Of a DNA stretch of 64,000 nt, positions 1 to 10,542 are shown in pieces. Under the pieces are notes generated by a model. That model saw only the letters and a program-made list of their open reading frames with translations. It searched no databases and was not told the DNA's origin. The stretch lies in assembly GCA_965198065.1 (NCBI GenBank), contig CBDAON010000004.1, positions 704,001-768,000 on the forward strand, given 5' to 3'. The translations under genes were made by a program, and so were the position numbers. This DNA comes from Longimicrobiales bacterium (GTDB lineage: Bacteria; Gemmatimonadota; Gemmatimonadetes; Longimicrobiales; Gaopeijiaceae). The number at the start of each line of letters is the position of its first letter. The first letter of the stretch is position 1.

Positions 1-398
1 ATGCGAAGGGTCGGACCAAACGCCATGAGGGTCCCTCCGACGATCGCGAGCTCGTCCCCCGTGACCTCTCCGCTCACGACGGTGAGGTCGCCCGTCACCT
101 CCGCGCTCTCGGCCAACTCTGCGTTCCCCTCCACAACGATCACTTCACCGTCGATTCGCCCAGCCAGGTGAAGCGAGCCCATCACGACGACGTCGGCCCG
201 AATTACGCTGTCTGCCGGGATAGCGACCTCCCCCGAGAGCCTCACGGTCATGGGATCGTTGGCGATGCCGATCAGCCGGTCGGCCAGGTCGCGCGGAACC
301 GACGACATCTCGATCTGGCGCTCCTGAGCGAGGAGCTCATCCGCCGCCGGCACCACCAAGAGCAGAGAGATCAGGGCCAGGAAGAGGGGCCTCATCAT
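1..398 (-). CDS. Secreted protein with bactofilin/polymer-forming-like beta repeats; 5' part only, runs off the window edge
   Basis: Hand translation from ATG 398 (GGAGG upstream): MMRPLFLALISLLLVVPAADELLAQ...VVVMGSLHLAGRIDGEVIVVEGNAELAESAEVTGDLTVVSGEVTGD; signal peptide plus V-x-G-D/E-V repeats. Confidence 0.6.
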   Translation of the reverse strand, partial: MMRPLFLALISLLLVVPAADELLAQERQIEMSSVPRDLADRLIGIANDPMTVRLSGEVAIPADSVIRADVVVMGSLHLAGRIDGEVIVVEGNAELAESAEVTGDLTVVSGEVTGDELAIVGGTLMAFGPTLR

Positions 399-652
399 GG
401 GTCCTCCGGTAGCGGGCGCGGGAACGCCCTTCCCCCTCGAAGGGAGGTAGGGTTCGGGTTCACAAAGGTAGAGTACGGGAGCCGCCAGCGGCGGGTTTCA
501 GGGGGCCCGATGGCGCCGACCCGCTCCTATTCGTCCCTCGATGCGTCGCCCGATCCCGGGGTCGGCTCCACGCGAGCGAGGTAGTCCTCCAGAGCGGCCA
601 GCCAGAGCTCCGCCTCGGCCGGGGGTCGGTCGGATGGGAGCCCCCCCTGTGG

Positions 653-1909
653 TCACTTCCGAGGCCGCTCGGCGTCGTTCCCTCGAAGCCGCTCGGCGTC
701 GGCGACCCGGTCCAGGCCGATCATGTACGCCGCCGTCCGCCACGGCACCTTCCGCGCTTCGACCAGCTCGCGCACCGCCCGGTACGCCCGGAGCATCCGC
801 CCGTGCAACTCGCGATTCACCTGATCGAGCGACCAGGGGTGTTGCTGGAGGTTCTGGACCCACTCGAAATAGCTCACCACGACGCCGCCCGCGTTCGCCA
901 GGAAGTCCGGCAGGACCGGAATGCCCCGCTCCCCGAGGATGAGGTCGCCGATGGGGGTGACGGGAGCGTTTGCGGCCTCCACGACGACCTTGCACTCGAC
1001 GGTCGAGGCCACCGTCTCTTTGGCGATCACCCCGCCCAGCGCCGCGGGAACGAGCCAGTCGCACGGGATCGTCCAGAGCTCTTGGTTCGTGATGGGGTCG
1101 CCGCCGGGGAAGGTGCTGACCGGCTTGTGTTCCACGCAGCCGTGCTGGAACAGGGCCGGGACATCGAGGCCCTTCGGGTTGTGGAGCCCCCCGTCCCGGT
1201 CGCTCACCGCCACCACCTTGGCCCCGACCTCGTGGAGTAGTCGCGCGAGGTTGGCACCCACGTTCCCGAACCCCTGGATCACGATCGTCCCCCCCTCGAG
1301 GGGGAGCTTCACGTCCATCGCGTACTCCTGCATCACGTACATCACCCCCCGGGCGGTCGCCTCCTCGCGCCCGAGCGAGCCCCCGAACGCAACGGGCTTC
1401 CCGGTCACGGCCGCCGGCGTGTACCCAACCTTCTTGGAGTACTCGTCCACCATCCAGGCCATGACCTGGGCGTCCGTCCCCATATCGGGCGCGGGAATGT
1501 CGCGGTAGGGTCCCAGCACGATCGCAATCCGGCTGGTGAAGCTCCGCGTGAGCGCCTGCAGCTCGCGCTTCGACAGCTGGCGCGGGCCCACCTGCACGCC
1601 GCCCTTCGCGCCGCCGTACGGGATGTCTAGGAGCGCGGTCTTCCACGTCATCGTGGTGGCGAGCCCGACGACCTCCTCCTCGTCCGCCCCCGGATGGTAG
1701 CGAACGCCCCCTTTGCAGGGGCCGCGAGCCCCCGAGTGCTGCACCCGGTAGCCGCGGAAGCACTCGATACGCCCGTCGTCCATGCGGACGGGCACCTCGA
1801 CGGAGACCTTGCGGAAGGGCGACAAGATGAGCCGCCGCATGTATTCGGGAAGGCCGACGAGGTCGGCCGCCCCGTCGAACTGGTTCTGGATGATGGCTCC
1901 GGTCTTCAT
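653..1909 (-). CDS. gdhA: Glu/Leu/Phe/Val dehydrogenase (glutamate dehydrogenase-like)
   Basis: Motifs GPCKGGVRYHP, GGAKGG, DIPAPDMGT, TGKP, IQGFGNVG, EAANAP, PDFLANAGGVVVSYFEWVQN. Confidence 0.92.
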   Translation of the reverse strand: MKTGAIIQNQFDGAADLVGLPEYMRRLILSPFRKVSVEVPVRMDDGRIECFRGYRVQHSGARGPCKGGVRYHPGADEEEVVGLATTMTWKTALLDIPYGGAKGGVQVGPRQLSKRELQALTRSFTSRIAIVLGPYRDIPAPDMGTDAQVMAWMVDEYSKKVGYTPAAVTGKPVAFGGSLGREEATARGVMYVMQEYAMDVKLPLEGGTIVIQGFGNVGANLARLLHEVGAKVVAVSDRDGGLHNPKGLDVPALFQHGCVEHKPVSTFPGGDPITNQELWTIPCDWLVPAALGGVIAKETVASTVECKVVVEAANAPVTPIGDLILGERGIPVLPDFLANAGGVVVSYFEWVQNLQQHPWSLDQVNRELHGRMLRAYRAVRELVEARKVPWRTAAYMIGLDRVADAERLRGNDAERPRK

Positions 1910-2068
1910 GGAGCCGCGTTCGGCGGGTTCGCTCCATCGAAGCTCCCGGCGGTGGGACCGGCAGCCGAAATGTGAGCGGCCGCTGACGACCGAGCAAGAA
2001 ACAGGACGGCCTCATCCCCTTTGATCGACGACCTTCCGGGTCGCCGTTCCCCTCCGATCAGCGACCCG

Positions 2069-2127
2069 CTAGGGGGCAGGACTCGAACCTGCGCGGGAAT
2101 TGCCCCGACCTCGGCTTTCAAGGCCGA
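2069..2127 (-). repeat. Displaced tRNA-Ser(TGA) 3' half; outermost att site
   Basis: Minus strand TCGGC-CTTGAAA-GCCGA, variable arm, GCAGG-TTCGAGT-CCTGC, CCCCT; no D arm or 5' acceptor strand. Confidence 0.85.
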
Positions 2128-2285
2128 ACAGGGCTTTCCGGCTAGATCCGTCTGGGTCTGAAGAGCCCTGTCCTGTCTTGGTCTTCCTGGATCACCTGTC
2201 CCGCAGAGTTCGCCTGAATCCCTCGGAGTTCACATGCGTGGGTAGCAAAATGGGTAACACACTCCGACCCATCAAAAGTCCTACC

Positions 2286-2706
2286 TCACTCCGAATCCAA
2301 CCCTTGGCGCATCGAGAGGAGGAAGGGCTCTCCAGCTCCCAGCCTGGCTTGGGCATCGGCGATCGTCCTCGCCGCAGGCAGATCGAGCGCTGCCTGGCCA
2401 GAGGCGCAGGTTACCGTGATGTGCATGGGCGTGTAGATGCCGCTTGTGATGAGAGCGGCCACCCCGTTCACGAACGAGTGCTCAGTCACCACCTGCGCCA
2501 CTCCCGAGGGGCATCGCGCCGCCGCCTCCACGACGTTCGGAGAAACGAGTCCACCGAGGAAGCTGTGAGCCCAAGGAATGTCGATCGTCTGAGCACTCGG
2601 GGTCCTCCCGGTTTCGATCACCGTTCGATAGCAGCCCGCCGTCACGGAGAGCAGGAGGATGCTCATGGAGAGAACTATTCATGAATGCAAACGATGAGCG
2701 TCTCAT
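2286..2706 (-). CDS. Bor/Iss-family lipoprotein, copy 1 (apparent +1 frameshift in the signal peptide near 2681)
   Basis: Lipobox-like TAGC; SFVNGVAALITSGIYTPMHITVTC resembles the lambda Bor FVNGLLGFITLGIYTP motif; GGAGGG RBS precedes ATG 2706 and removing one A gives MRRSSFAFMIVLSMSILLLSVTAGC. Confidence 0.8.
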
Positions 2707-2929
2707 GGTGGTCCCTCCGCGGGCAACAGGTAGGCTTTTCAGAAACCCCCGAACCTGAGCGTCACGATGCTCTCCCACCCATAACGTAGAGCGTCCGGTC
2801 CGCGTCACATTTGGGAGGCCGTGAAGACGGAGCGCGCCGCGTGGCCCGGCAAGAACCGGCAGCACTCGGCGGAGCCGGCCCGGCGATGGTCGCGCGCTCC
2901 GAGGTCGTCTCCACTACCAGGACGTGAGC

Positions 2930-3636
2930 ATGAGGGGATTCGCAGCGGTTTCGTGGGCCTCGGCCGTTACGGTCTGGGCCTCGACAGCCCTCGGACAGCA
3001 GCCTCCCCGGGGTCCAGGGAACCCACCGCCACCCCCATCCGCCAGGCAGCTACAGGACGAGCGTGGAGTCGACGTCTCCGTCTTCGGTCTCCTCTATACC
3101 GGCTTCGGCCGGGTCACCGACGGAGCGTCGCAGTCGAATTGGCTTCTCGCGGACGCCGCGTTCGGCGGCGGTCTGGGAGCGTCGCTCAATGCGTGGGACA
3201 ATTCAGGGTGGGCGTGGAGCTGTCCGTCGCCCGAACGCCCTACGAGCGTCGCGCCCGGGCGGGCAACGCGATCTCGGGTGCGGGAGATGCCACCGTCGGC
3301 ACGGTGCTCTTCACGGCTCGCCTGTCCCAGAGCGGCTTTCGGATCCCGGGGATCCCAGGCATCGGGGGCGTCGGATTCGGGAGCATTCCGGGGTTTGCCA
3401 CCTACCTTTCGGGAGGCCTCGGCGCGGTCTCGTACTGGCTGGAGGACCTCGATGGTGGCAACGCGGATTTCGCGTTCGCGGTCGGAGGCGGCCTCGAGTA
3501 CACCTGGTCGGGCGGAACCGTGGGCTTCCTGGAGGTGAGGCAACTCTGGGCCCTCCACGAGCGCGAGGGCGTGGAGACCTCGATGGCACGCCACTCGCGG
3601 ATCGAGCTGGGCTTGCGGCGTCCCGTGCGGAGGTGA
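2930..3636 (+). pseudogene. Outer-membrane beta-barrel-like protein, frameshifted near 3190
   Basis: Signal peptide and N half in ORF 2924-3538; C half (FRVGVELS, YLSGGLG, AVGGGLEY, IELGLR) in the frame of ORF 2821-3636. Confidence 0.65.
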
Positions 3637-3715
3637 GGGGGGCGGCGCTCCGCCGGAGGTGACGGGGTCGCCCGGCTACCCGGCGGAACGACGGGGTCGG
3701 GAGCGCGAGTGGCTC

Positions 3716-4758
3716 CTACCAGTCCTCCAAAGCGGGTTCGTCCGGGTCCGAGGAGAGGAACCGGATCAGCTCTGCGTTCACGATCTCGGGCACCTCTTCG
3801 TGCGGGTTGTGACCCACGTTCGGGATGAGCACGAGCTCGGCGTTCGGGAGCGACTCAGCCGCCCTCCGGGCATTCTCCGGGAAGTTCGGCCCATCTTCCG
3901 CCCCACCGAGCACCATGGCCTTCGTCTGGATGTGGGGGCCAGTCGTTCACCACGCTGTCGATCGAGCGGAGGTTGCCTCCCAGAGAGCGAACGTACCGGA
4001 GCCGTGGCCACTCGCCACTCAAGGCCTGTCCATAGCGAATGCGGAGGTGTTCCATGAACTGCGGTCTCCAATTCACATAGCGGTTCAGATCGGTTCGCAC
4101 GCCTGATTCGTAGACCTCCTGAGGATCCGCATCCACCTCGATCTCCCCGCTCATCGGGCGGAAGCCACGGCCCGCTCGGTTGTCGGTGAGACCGACGGCA
4201 TTGACCAGGACGAGGTGCGTCGTCATCTCCGGGTAGAGAAAGGCGAAACGGGTGGCCATCTGCCCCCCGATCGAATGACCCACGACCGCCGCCTTCGGAG
4301 ATCCTCAGGTGCTCGAGGACCCGTGCCGTGTTCGAGGCGTGCAGGCTGATGCTGTAGGGAAGGATTGGCTTGGAGGACTTGCCCCACCCGAGCCGATCCT
4401 TCACGACGACACGGAAGCCCTCGTTACGGAGGGCCTCGATCTGTTCTTTCCAATACCAGCCGTAGTAGCTCCCACCGTGAAGGAACACCACGGTCCGGCC
4501 GTTGGGCGGCCCGACCGGCGGCACATCCATATACGCGATCCGGACGTCCTGCCCATACAGATTGAGGTTCAGGAGGTGCACGGGATGGGGATACTCGATC
4601 TCCTCCATGTTGATGGAGATCGGCCCCCAGTCGGCCGGCGGTTCGGCCGGTGGTTGATCCCCCTGCGCCCGCAGCTCGACGCTTGCGAAGCAAAGCACGA
4701 GCAAGCAGATCGGCGGGACGGCAAAGAAGTCGCGAAATGACGTGCGTGGAAGCGTCAT
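3716..4758 (-). pseudogene. Secreted alpha/beta hydrolase split by two +1 frameshifts (~4290 and ~3937)
   Basis: VVFLHGG, DRLGWGKS, nucleophile elbow GHSIGG and C-terminal VGHNPHEE lie in three successive frames. Confidence 0.85.
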
Positions 4759-5088
4759 CGGTTTCCCCTGGCGTGAATTCGAACTCGGAGTGTGAACGGC
4801 CGCCACCACGGCCATCAGAACCCATTCCTACGGATGATACCGGAGGACCGACGACCCATGCAACCGAGTGAGGGCGGCCGGGTCGCGGCCGGAAGAGCGA
4901 ATGTTTGCCGCTGCCTTCGGGCAGCCCGATTCGGCGATAGTCGTTGTGGGAGAACGGAGGGGGCAGGTACGTGCCGTTACGAAGACGAATCACGGAACTG
5001 CGCCCAACTGAGAAGACACGGGAAAAGAATGCTGGGCGTTCCGGGGGGCAGCCGTAGGGAGGATTCGCTACCCTACGGGACCGCGCGG

Positions 5089-6414
5089 TCACAGCGTAAG
5101 CTGGAAATCCTCCACAAGTAGGCCGGGCAACGCCATCACTCGAGTTGAGCGCTCCCGATAGGTACGCGGGTCGACGAGGAGCTCCGGCTTCGTGGTCAGT
5201 CCGAGCAATCCCTCGCCCAGCATCCGGTACAGGCTGTCGTCAAAGCGCATCACGTTTAACGGGGCTTTGATCTTCCCTTCCTCGACCCAGAAGGAGGCGA
5301 AGCGGGTCATGCCGGTCATGCGGCAGTCATTGCGGTCCGAGTAGTTGCAGTACCAGGCGTCGCTGATGTAGACCCCGGTGCCCAAACGCTCGAGTACCTC
5401 GCTCTCGGGTAGATGGCCGGGCGCCATGAACAGGGACGTGGGGAGCTCGGAGTCGGCGTTGACGGGCTCCCCGAACTCCTTCGCCGAGCGCGACCCAGCC
5501 AGAGCGCCTCGGCAAGCCCCCTCCTCGATGAGCACTACCTTCTCGGGTTTGATGAACCCCTCCATTGTAAAGGGTGGGGCCATCCCGCCCCCGTGGTTCT
5601 CAGTGATGGTAATGGAGGGGTCGAAGCGTTCGTCACCCTTCACCATCTTCACCAGGGACGTATTCCCGGTTCGGTGGCCCTTGAGACCGAAGCCCTCCCA
5701 GCCCAACACCTGCATGAGCTCGGCCCCTGCCCGGGGGGCCAGGTAGGCTCGGTAGGCGCCGCGAGGCACCGTGCGCGGCGGGCGGGTCATCATCTCCAAC
5801 TCCTCCCGCGCTCGGTCCAGGCGGTCCCCCAGAGCGTCCTCATCCCAATTGAACCCGGCGTACCCGCCCTTCACGGCCTTGTCGCCGAGGTGGTGGCAGC
5901 TGAAGTCGAAGTTGAACGTGCTTGTCTCGAACCAGTTGCGTTGTCCAAAAGCGTTGGCGAAGCCTCGATCCAGCGTCCCGCTCGCCCAGATGCCGACCAT
6001 GTCCAGGTCATCAGCGGTGCGAGTGATGATGTCGATTGCCTCTCGGGGGTCCGATAGCGCCGATGGACGCACGTCCTCCGTATCCTGAACCGTTTCCGCG
6101 TAATGCAGATGCGGGTCCTCCCCGAGGTGCGCACGCTGGGAGCGCAGCTCCTCCAGCAAGCGCTCCACACCGATTCGGTCCCGCGTCAGGTCGCCGCTCA
6201 GGGGAACGGTGCCCACCGCGTGGCGGGCGCCCTCGATCAGGTCGATGGACACGAACCTCTGCGTCACATGGCCCGCCTGACGCACCCGGTTGTGGTTGAA
6301 CCGGGCGAAGTCCGAATCCTCACCCGCGTAGTAGGAGGTGAAGAGTTCCCCCGGCCGCAGCGCTGACGCGACGATGCCGGCCACCTCGAAAAAGAGCGTT
6401 CGTGGCTCCATCAC
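5089..6414 (-). CDS. tldE: TldE/PmbA-family protein
   Basis: ARFNHNRVRQ N-terminus, TGMTRFASFWVEEG and MRFDDSLY motifs; overlaps the tldD stop. Confidence 0.85.
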   Translation of the reverse strand: MMEPRTLFFEVAGIVASALRPGELFTSYYAGEDSDFARFNHNRVRQAGHVTQRFVSIDLIEGARHAVGTVPLSGDLTRDRIGVERLLEELRSQRAHLGEDPHLHYAETVQDTEDVRPSALSDPREAIDIITRTADDLDMVGIWASGTLDRGFANAFGQRNWFETSTFNFDFSCHHLGDKAVKGGYAGFNWDEDALGDRLDRAREELEMMTRPPRTVPRGAYRAYLAPRAGAELMQVLGWEGFGLKGHRTGNTSLVKMVKGDERFDPSITITENHGGGMAPPFTMEGFIKPEKVVLIEEGACRGALAGSRSAKEFGEPVNADSELPTSLFMAPGHLPESEVLERLGTGVYISDAWYCNYSDRNDCRMTGMTRFASFWVEEGKIKAPLNVMRFDDSLYRMLGEGLLGLTTKPELLVDPRTYRERSTRVMALPGLLVEDFQLTL

Positions 6415-7841
6415 TCCTCCCCGAACACCTCGACGTCCCGAAATCGGCAGGTTGGCGCGGCATGACCGGCGGAGATCCCCTGGTTGGGCTCGCCCTTGCC
6501 GCAGCTCGGCGTCCCCATCACCTCGAAGGTATCCCGATTCCCAACGCCATCGAGGCTCCGCCAGAAGACTGCCGAGACGCCCCGATATCGCGGGTCCCGC
6601 ACCATGCCCTTCACCTCCCCGTCCTCAATCAGCCATCCTACCTCGCAGCCGAACTGGAACTTGTTGCGGGAGTCGTCGATGGACCACGAGCGGTTGGTAT
6701 CCATCAGGACGCCACGTTCCACCCCACCGACGAGGTCCGCCATGCTATCGGTTCCCGGCTCCAGGTTCACGTTCGACATCCTGTCGATGGGAGGACGATT
6801 CCAGCTCGTGGCGCGGGAGTTCGCGACACCGGGCAGCCCGGATCGGGCCTGGGAGATGGCGCCCCCGAGGGGGCGTTCGAGAATACCCCTACGGATCAGG
6901 TAGGCCCGCTCGGCTGGGGTGCCATCATCGTCGAACGCGTAGCTGGCCGCTTCCCCCGGGATGTCCGGCGCAAAGGTCACGTTGAGGAGGGACGAGCCGT
7001 ACCGGTAGCGGCCGAACATGTCCAGCGTAACGAAGCTGGTGCCCGCGTAATTCCGCTCGTCGCCCAGGATTCGATCGAGCTCCAGCGGGTGACCGATGCT
7101 CTCGTGAACCTGCAACACCATCTGGCTCGGCATCAGCACCAGGCTGGTGGTCCCGCTGGGGCAGGTCGGGGCATCCAGTAGCTGGAGCGCTTCGGCGGCG
7201 ACACGGGCACTCTGAGACACGTAGCCGATCCGCTCCAGCTCCTCCAGGCCGCCTTGACGGTAGGAGGAGTGACCCAGCGTACGAGACTGAGAGCGTTCCC
7301 CTCGGTTGGCCACTGCTCCGAGCACCGGGTGGAGGGTCGCCGTGGACTGCTCCATCCAAGCCCCGTCGCCGGAGACCAAGAGAGATTCCCGGCTCGTATG
7401 AGCGATTTGAGCGTACCAATCGACGATGGCGTCCCCGGCCTTGAGCCCCCTCGAAGCCATCCGGAGCAGGTCGAGCTTCTCGCTGAGGCTCCACCGGTCC
7501 CATGGGATCCTACCGGGACGGTGGTCGTTTCCCTGCCCGGTCAGGCGCGGATAGTCCTTCGGCGCAATGAGCGCGTACGCGCCGGCGGCCCGAGCCCAGC
7601 TACGCGCCACCTCGAAGGCTCGCGTGAGCCCCCGGGGGGTCAGGTCGCAGGTGGCCCCGTAGCCGATGCCCCCACCGTCCAGCACGGTGACCATGGCGCC
7701 CGCATCGTGGTACGTGTAGGGGGGCTCCACGACACCCCGGCGCACCGTCAGCACGTGGGCGCTGTCCTCCACGAGACGCAGGGTCCAGTAGTCCGCACTC
7801 GGAGCGGAATGCGCAAACTCGCGCGCGATCTGGTCTAGCAC
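6411..7841 (-). CDS. tldD: TldD-family metalloprotease
   Basis: HESIGH zinc motif, PPIDRMSN, C-terminal CGKGEPNQ. Confidence 0.9.
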   Translation of the reverse strand: MLDQIAREFAHSAPSADYWTLRLVEDSAHVLTVRRGVVEPPYTYHDAGAMVTVLDGGGIGYGATCDLTPRGLTRAFEVARSWARAAGAYALIAPKDYPRLTGQGNDHRPGRIPWDRWSLSEKLDLLRMASRGLKAGDAIVDWYAQIAHTSRESLLVSGDGAWMEQSTATLHPVLGAVANRGERSQSRTLGHSSYRQGGLEELERIGYVSQSARVAAEALQLLDAPTCPSGTTSLVLMPSQMVLQVHESIGHPLELDRILGDERNYAGTSFVTLDMFGRYRYGSSLLNVTFAPDIPGEAASYAFDDDGTPAERAYLIRRGILERPLGGAISQARSGLPGVANSRATSWNRPPIDRMSNVNLEPGTDSMADLVGGVERGVLMDTNRSWSIDDSRNKFQFGCEVGWLIEDGEVKGMVRDPRYRGVSAVFWRSLDGVGNRDTFEVMGTPSCGKGEPNQGISAGHAAPTCRFRDVEVFGEE

Positions 7842-8153
7842 GGGGATGCGTCGGCCCTCGCTGCGTCGTCTTTCGGGGCGATGTCCGCGCGGACTCCTGC
7901 GGGGGCAGGGAGGAGGATCGGGAAGGTGTGGTGGACGAGCAACATGTGAGGCCGGTCTCGCGTTGGCAAATCCGGACTCTCATCCTGCGGTAAACTGAAA
8001 GTCCTCTGTCCCCGGTTCGAGCCGAGCGGGCGACTAACTCCCCCCTCTTTCAGCACGTTCCCAGCAGGAGGGCCCGGACACACACCAGAGCCCGATCTGC
8101 GGAGAGGGGGGCTTAGATCGTGACCGGCCGATTCTGTAAGTCGTTGTGCCGCA

Positions 8154-8210
8154 CGGAGGGGGTGGGACTCGAACCCACGTGGGGAGTTACCCCCAACCTC
8201 GGTTTTCAAG
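8154..8210 (-). repeat. Displaced tRNA-Ser(TGA) 3' half; att junction between elements A and B
   Basis: 53/57 identical to 14023-14079; identity stops at the anticodon loop (CTTGAAA). Confidence 0.92.
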
Positions 8211-8375
8211 GCGGGATAGGGCTTTCCGGCTAGATCCGTCTCGGTCCGAAAGGCTCTGTCCCGTCTGGATTCTTTGGAATCTGCTTTCCGGCGGAGTCCG
8301 TCGTGATCCCTCCAAAGTCGGATGCCCGGGTAACAAACCGGGTAACACTCCCTCAACCGGGCTGACGGCTTTTCG

Positions 8376-8780
8376 TCACTCCGAATTCGGCCCCCGTCCC
8401 ATTGGGAGAAGAAAGTCCTCCCCGGCGTCCACCCTGGCTCTCGCTTCCGCCAGGCTCCGCACTGTCGGCACATCGAGCGCCGCCGTGCCTGCAGCGCACG
8501 TGACGGTGATGTGCATGGGAGTGTAAATCCCTCCAGTAATGAACGCGGCCACGCCGTTCACAAACGAGTGCTCGGTAACGACGCGTGCCACTCCCGACGG
8601 ACACCGAGCTGCCGATTCTACTAGGTTCGGGGGAACGAGACCCCCGAGGAAGCTGTGCGCCCACGGGATGTCGATAGTTTGCGTGCCCACGGGCGTCGCG
8701 GTTTCGATGACAGCTCGGTAGCAGCCCGAGGAGACCGAGAGCAGCAGAATGGTCGTGGTAAGAATGAGGGGTCTGATCAC
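8376..8780 (-). CDS. Bor/Iss-family lipoprotein, copy 2
   Basis: Lipobox-like SSGC; SFVNGVAAFITGGIYTPMHITVTC; clear paralogue of 2286-2706. Confidence 0.85.
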   Translation of the reverse strand: MIRPLILTTTILLLSVSSGCYRAVIETATPVGTQTIDIPWAHSFLGGLVPPNLVESAARCPSGVARVVTEHSFVNGVAAFITGGIYTPMHITVTCAAGTAALDVPTVRSLAEARARVDAGEDFLLPMGRGPNSE

Positions 8781-8887
8781 GGCACAACTCCTGACAATAG
8801 GGTGAACCGCAACTCGTGACTACAGGCGAAGATGCGGGCGTGAAGAACCACTTGCAAGAGAAGCGGCCCGAGTCCCCTACCCCACCG

Positions 8888-9178
8888 CTAGTCTTCTCCC
8901 CGCAAAGAGGCCCACCCTGCATCGGTTCTCATAACCGACATGAGCGTCTGTAGGACAACAGTTCCCGGGAGGGTGTTACCCGAATTGTACCTTTGCCCCC
9001 CCCTCTCTACGGTGGTGTGAAGAGCGGGAATCAGCTCACCGACACCCCCCAGGGAGCCCCTGTCTGGGTCCCATCCTGGAGACTCCTTCACCTGTAGCTC
9101 CGCAAGATTCAGAAACCGTTCGTGCCCCTCGATGCCGTTCGACGCCTTCACGAACCTGTATAGGTACTTGGTGTTCAT
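8888..9178 (-). CDS. Hypothetical protein, possibly only the 5' part is real
   Basis: AAGGA RBS, follows the SPFH gene; 3' half overlaps non-coding-looking repeated motifs. Confidence 0.3.
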   Translation of the reverse strand: MNTKYLYRFVKASNGIEGHERFLNLAELQVKESPGWDPDRGSLGGVGELIPALHTTVERGGQRYNSGNTLPGTVVLQTLMSVMRTDAGWASLRGED

Positions 9179-9209
9179 CGAGGGGTCCTTTCGTACATGA
9201 GGAGTGCCA

Positions 9210-10004
9210 TCACGGAGCGACGTTCACCAGCGCACCCTGCGGAACGAATACGCAGCGGCTAGTTTCGCTCGCGCAGACCTCGCGCTGCATCTCGATCTCC
9301 TGGAGCGCCACAAATTGCGCCGGGCTCAGACCGAGCGAGTTCCGGTAGGCGTTGTCCGCCAAGGCGCGGGACTGTTCCGCCGCTAGGCGTGCGTCCTCGG
9401 CTAGCCTACGCTCGTTCTCGGTGAGCTGTCGTTGCTGCTGGGTTGCAGTTTCGACGCGCTGACTCTCAACGGCGTCCGGTGGATTCGCCCGACCCACGGT
9501 AACCTGTATGAGCCGAAGCGGTAGCTCCGCATCCAGGAGGTAGATCTCCATCTCTGCCGTGACTTCGGCGTCGATATCGTCGATTGCCTCCGTGGAGATC
9601 GCCGTCTCATTCATTCCGTGTTGCCGGACTGCCTGTCTCACTCGATTTTGGAACTCGATGGCTACGTTCTGATCGAACCATTGTACTCCGAACCCCTCGA
9701 TCAGCCGTACGCTGTTCGTGACCTGTAGGCGAATCACGGCGTTGAAGTCGAGCGGAACACCATCCGACGACATGATGTCCTCGAACGCCATTGAGAACTG
9801 CTGGGGCCGGATGTCCACGTAGGTCGGTGTGGTCGTGATCCACACCCAATTACGTCCGGTTGGCGTCGCGGAGTCTACGACCCCGCCACTCCCGAAGACG
9901 ATCGGGTATCGAGTCAGGACCGCTTCCTCGCCGGGGCCAGGAGTCACAGCTCGACAGCTTGCCAGAGACCCTGCCGCTAGAAGCAGAAGGACCGAACGTC
10001 TCAT
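9210..10004 (-). CDS. SPFH/band-7 domain lipoprotein
   Basis: AAGGAGGT RBS before ATG 10004; lipobox LASC; SSDGVPLDFNAVIRLQV motif and C-terminal coiled-coil segment. Confidence 0.8.
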   Translation of the reverse strand: MRRSVLLLLAAGSLASCRAVTPGPGEEAVLTRYPIVFGSGGVVDSATPTGRNWVWITTTPTYVDIRPQQFSMAFEDIMSSDGVPLDFNAVIRLQVTNSVRLIEGFGVQWFDQNVAIEFQNRVRQAVRQHGMNETAISTEAIDDIDAEVTAEMEIYLLDAELPLRLIQVTVGRANPPDAVESQRVETATQQQRQLTENERRLAEDARLAAEQSRALADNAYRNSLGLSPAQFVALQEIEMQREVCASETSRCVFVPQGALVNVAP

Positions 10005-10542
10005 TTGATGTACCTCCTTGGTGTTCACGTGCTCCTCATCCTCCATCAGAAGACCGCCTAGTCAGGAGGGCACACTAATGGCCCTCTTTCCGTCGTGGTC
10101 GGCGGCTAATTCACGAAGGGCACTCCCACGAGGATACCCCCGCTTATTATGCCCTCTGACTGACTAGGCCACAAAGCGAGCTAGGGAATCGAACGCTAGA
10201 GGACGCCTGTCTCGCCGCTCATCGTTCTTCCTTCCTCGCCGCAGCGGTCCGGCTCGACCAGTACCCGGAGGTCGTCGCCGCCTTCCTCCTCACTGGCGGT
10301 CGGCGCAGTCTTCGGGCTTCCCCTTTCGGCGCTCCATGTAGGGCCCGAGGATTGACCTGCCCCCAAAAGCGGTACCACCTAGAGTGTTAGTCCAAGCACC
10401 TCCTTTTGGCTGGGGGGTGGTCCAAGAAGCAGAGGTAGGTTGAGCAGCTTTGGGTCTGGCCGGATCGCTTCGGGGGCCGGGGGTCGATAACCCAGAGAGC
10501 TGTGCGGTCGATGCGTGTTGTATTCGCGCCGCCACTGCTCGA

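Larger units (their letters stand above)
2069..8210. mobile_element. tRNA-Ser-integrated element A (~6.1 kb, no integrase)
   Basis: Bounded by tRNA 3'-half copies at 2069-2127 and 8154-8210; left arm homologous to that of element B; IHF-like motif at right end. Confidence 0.75.

Noticed and set aside
527..656. Possible 42-aa ORF coupled to the gdh stop (…PAEAELWLAALEDYLARV…)
   Set aside because: Needs removal of one base from a G7 run to join the start; no homology evidence.
2069..2127. Second and third full tRNA-Ser genes (also 8154-8210)
   Set aside because: Both lack the 5' acceptor strand and D arm; they are att remnants.
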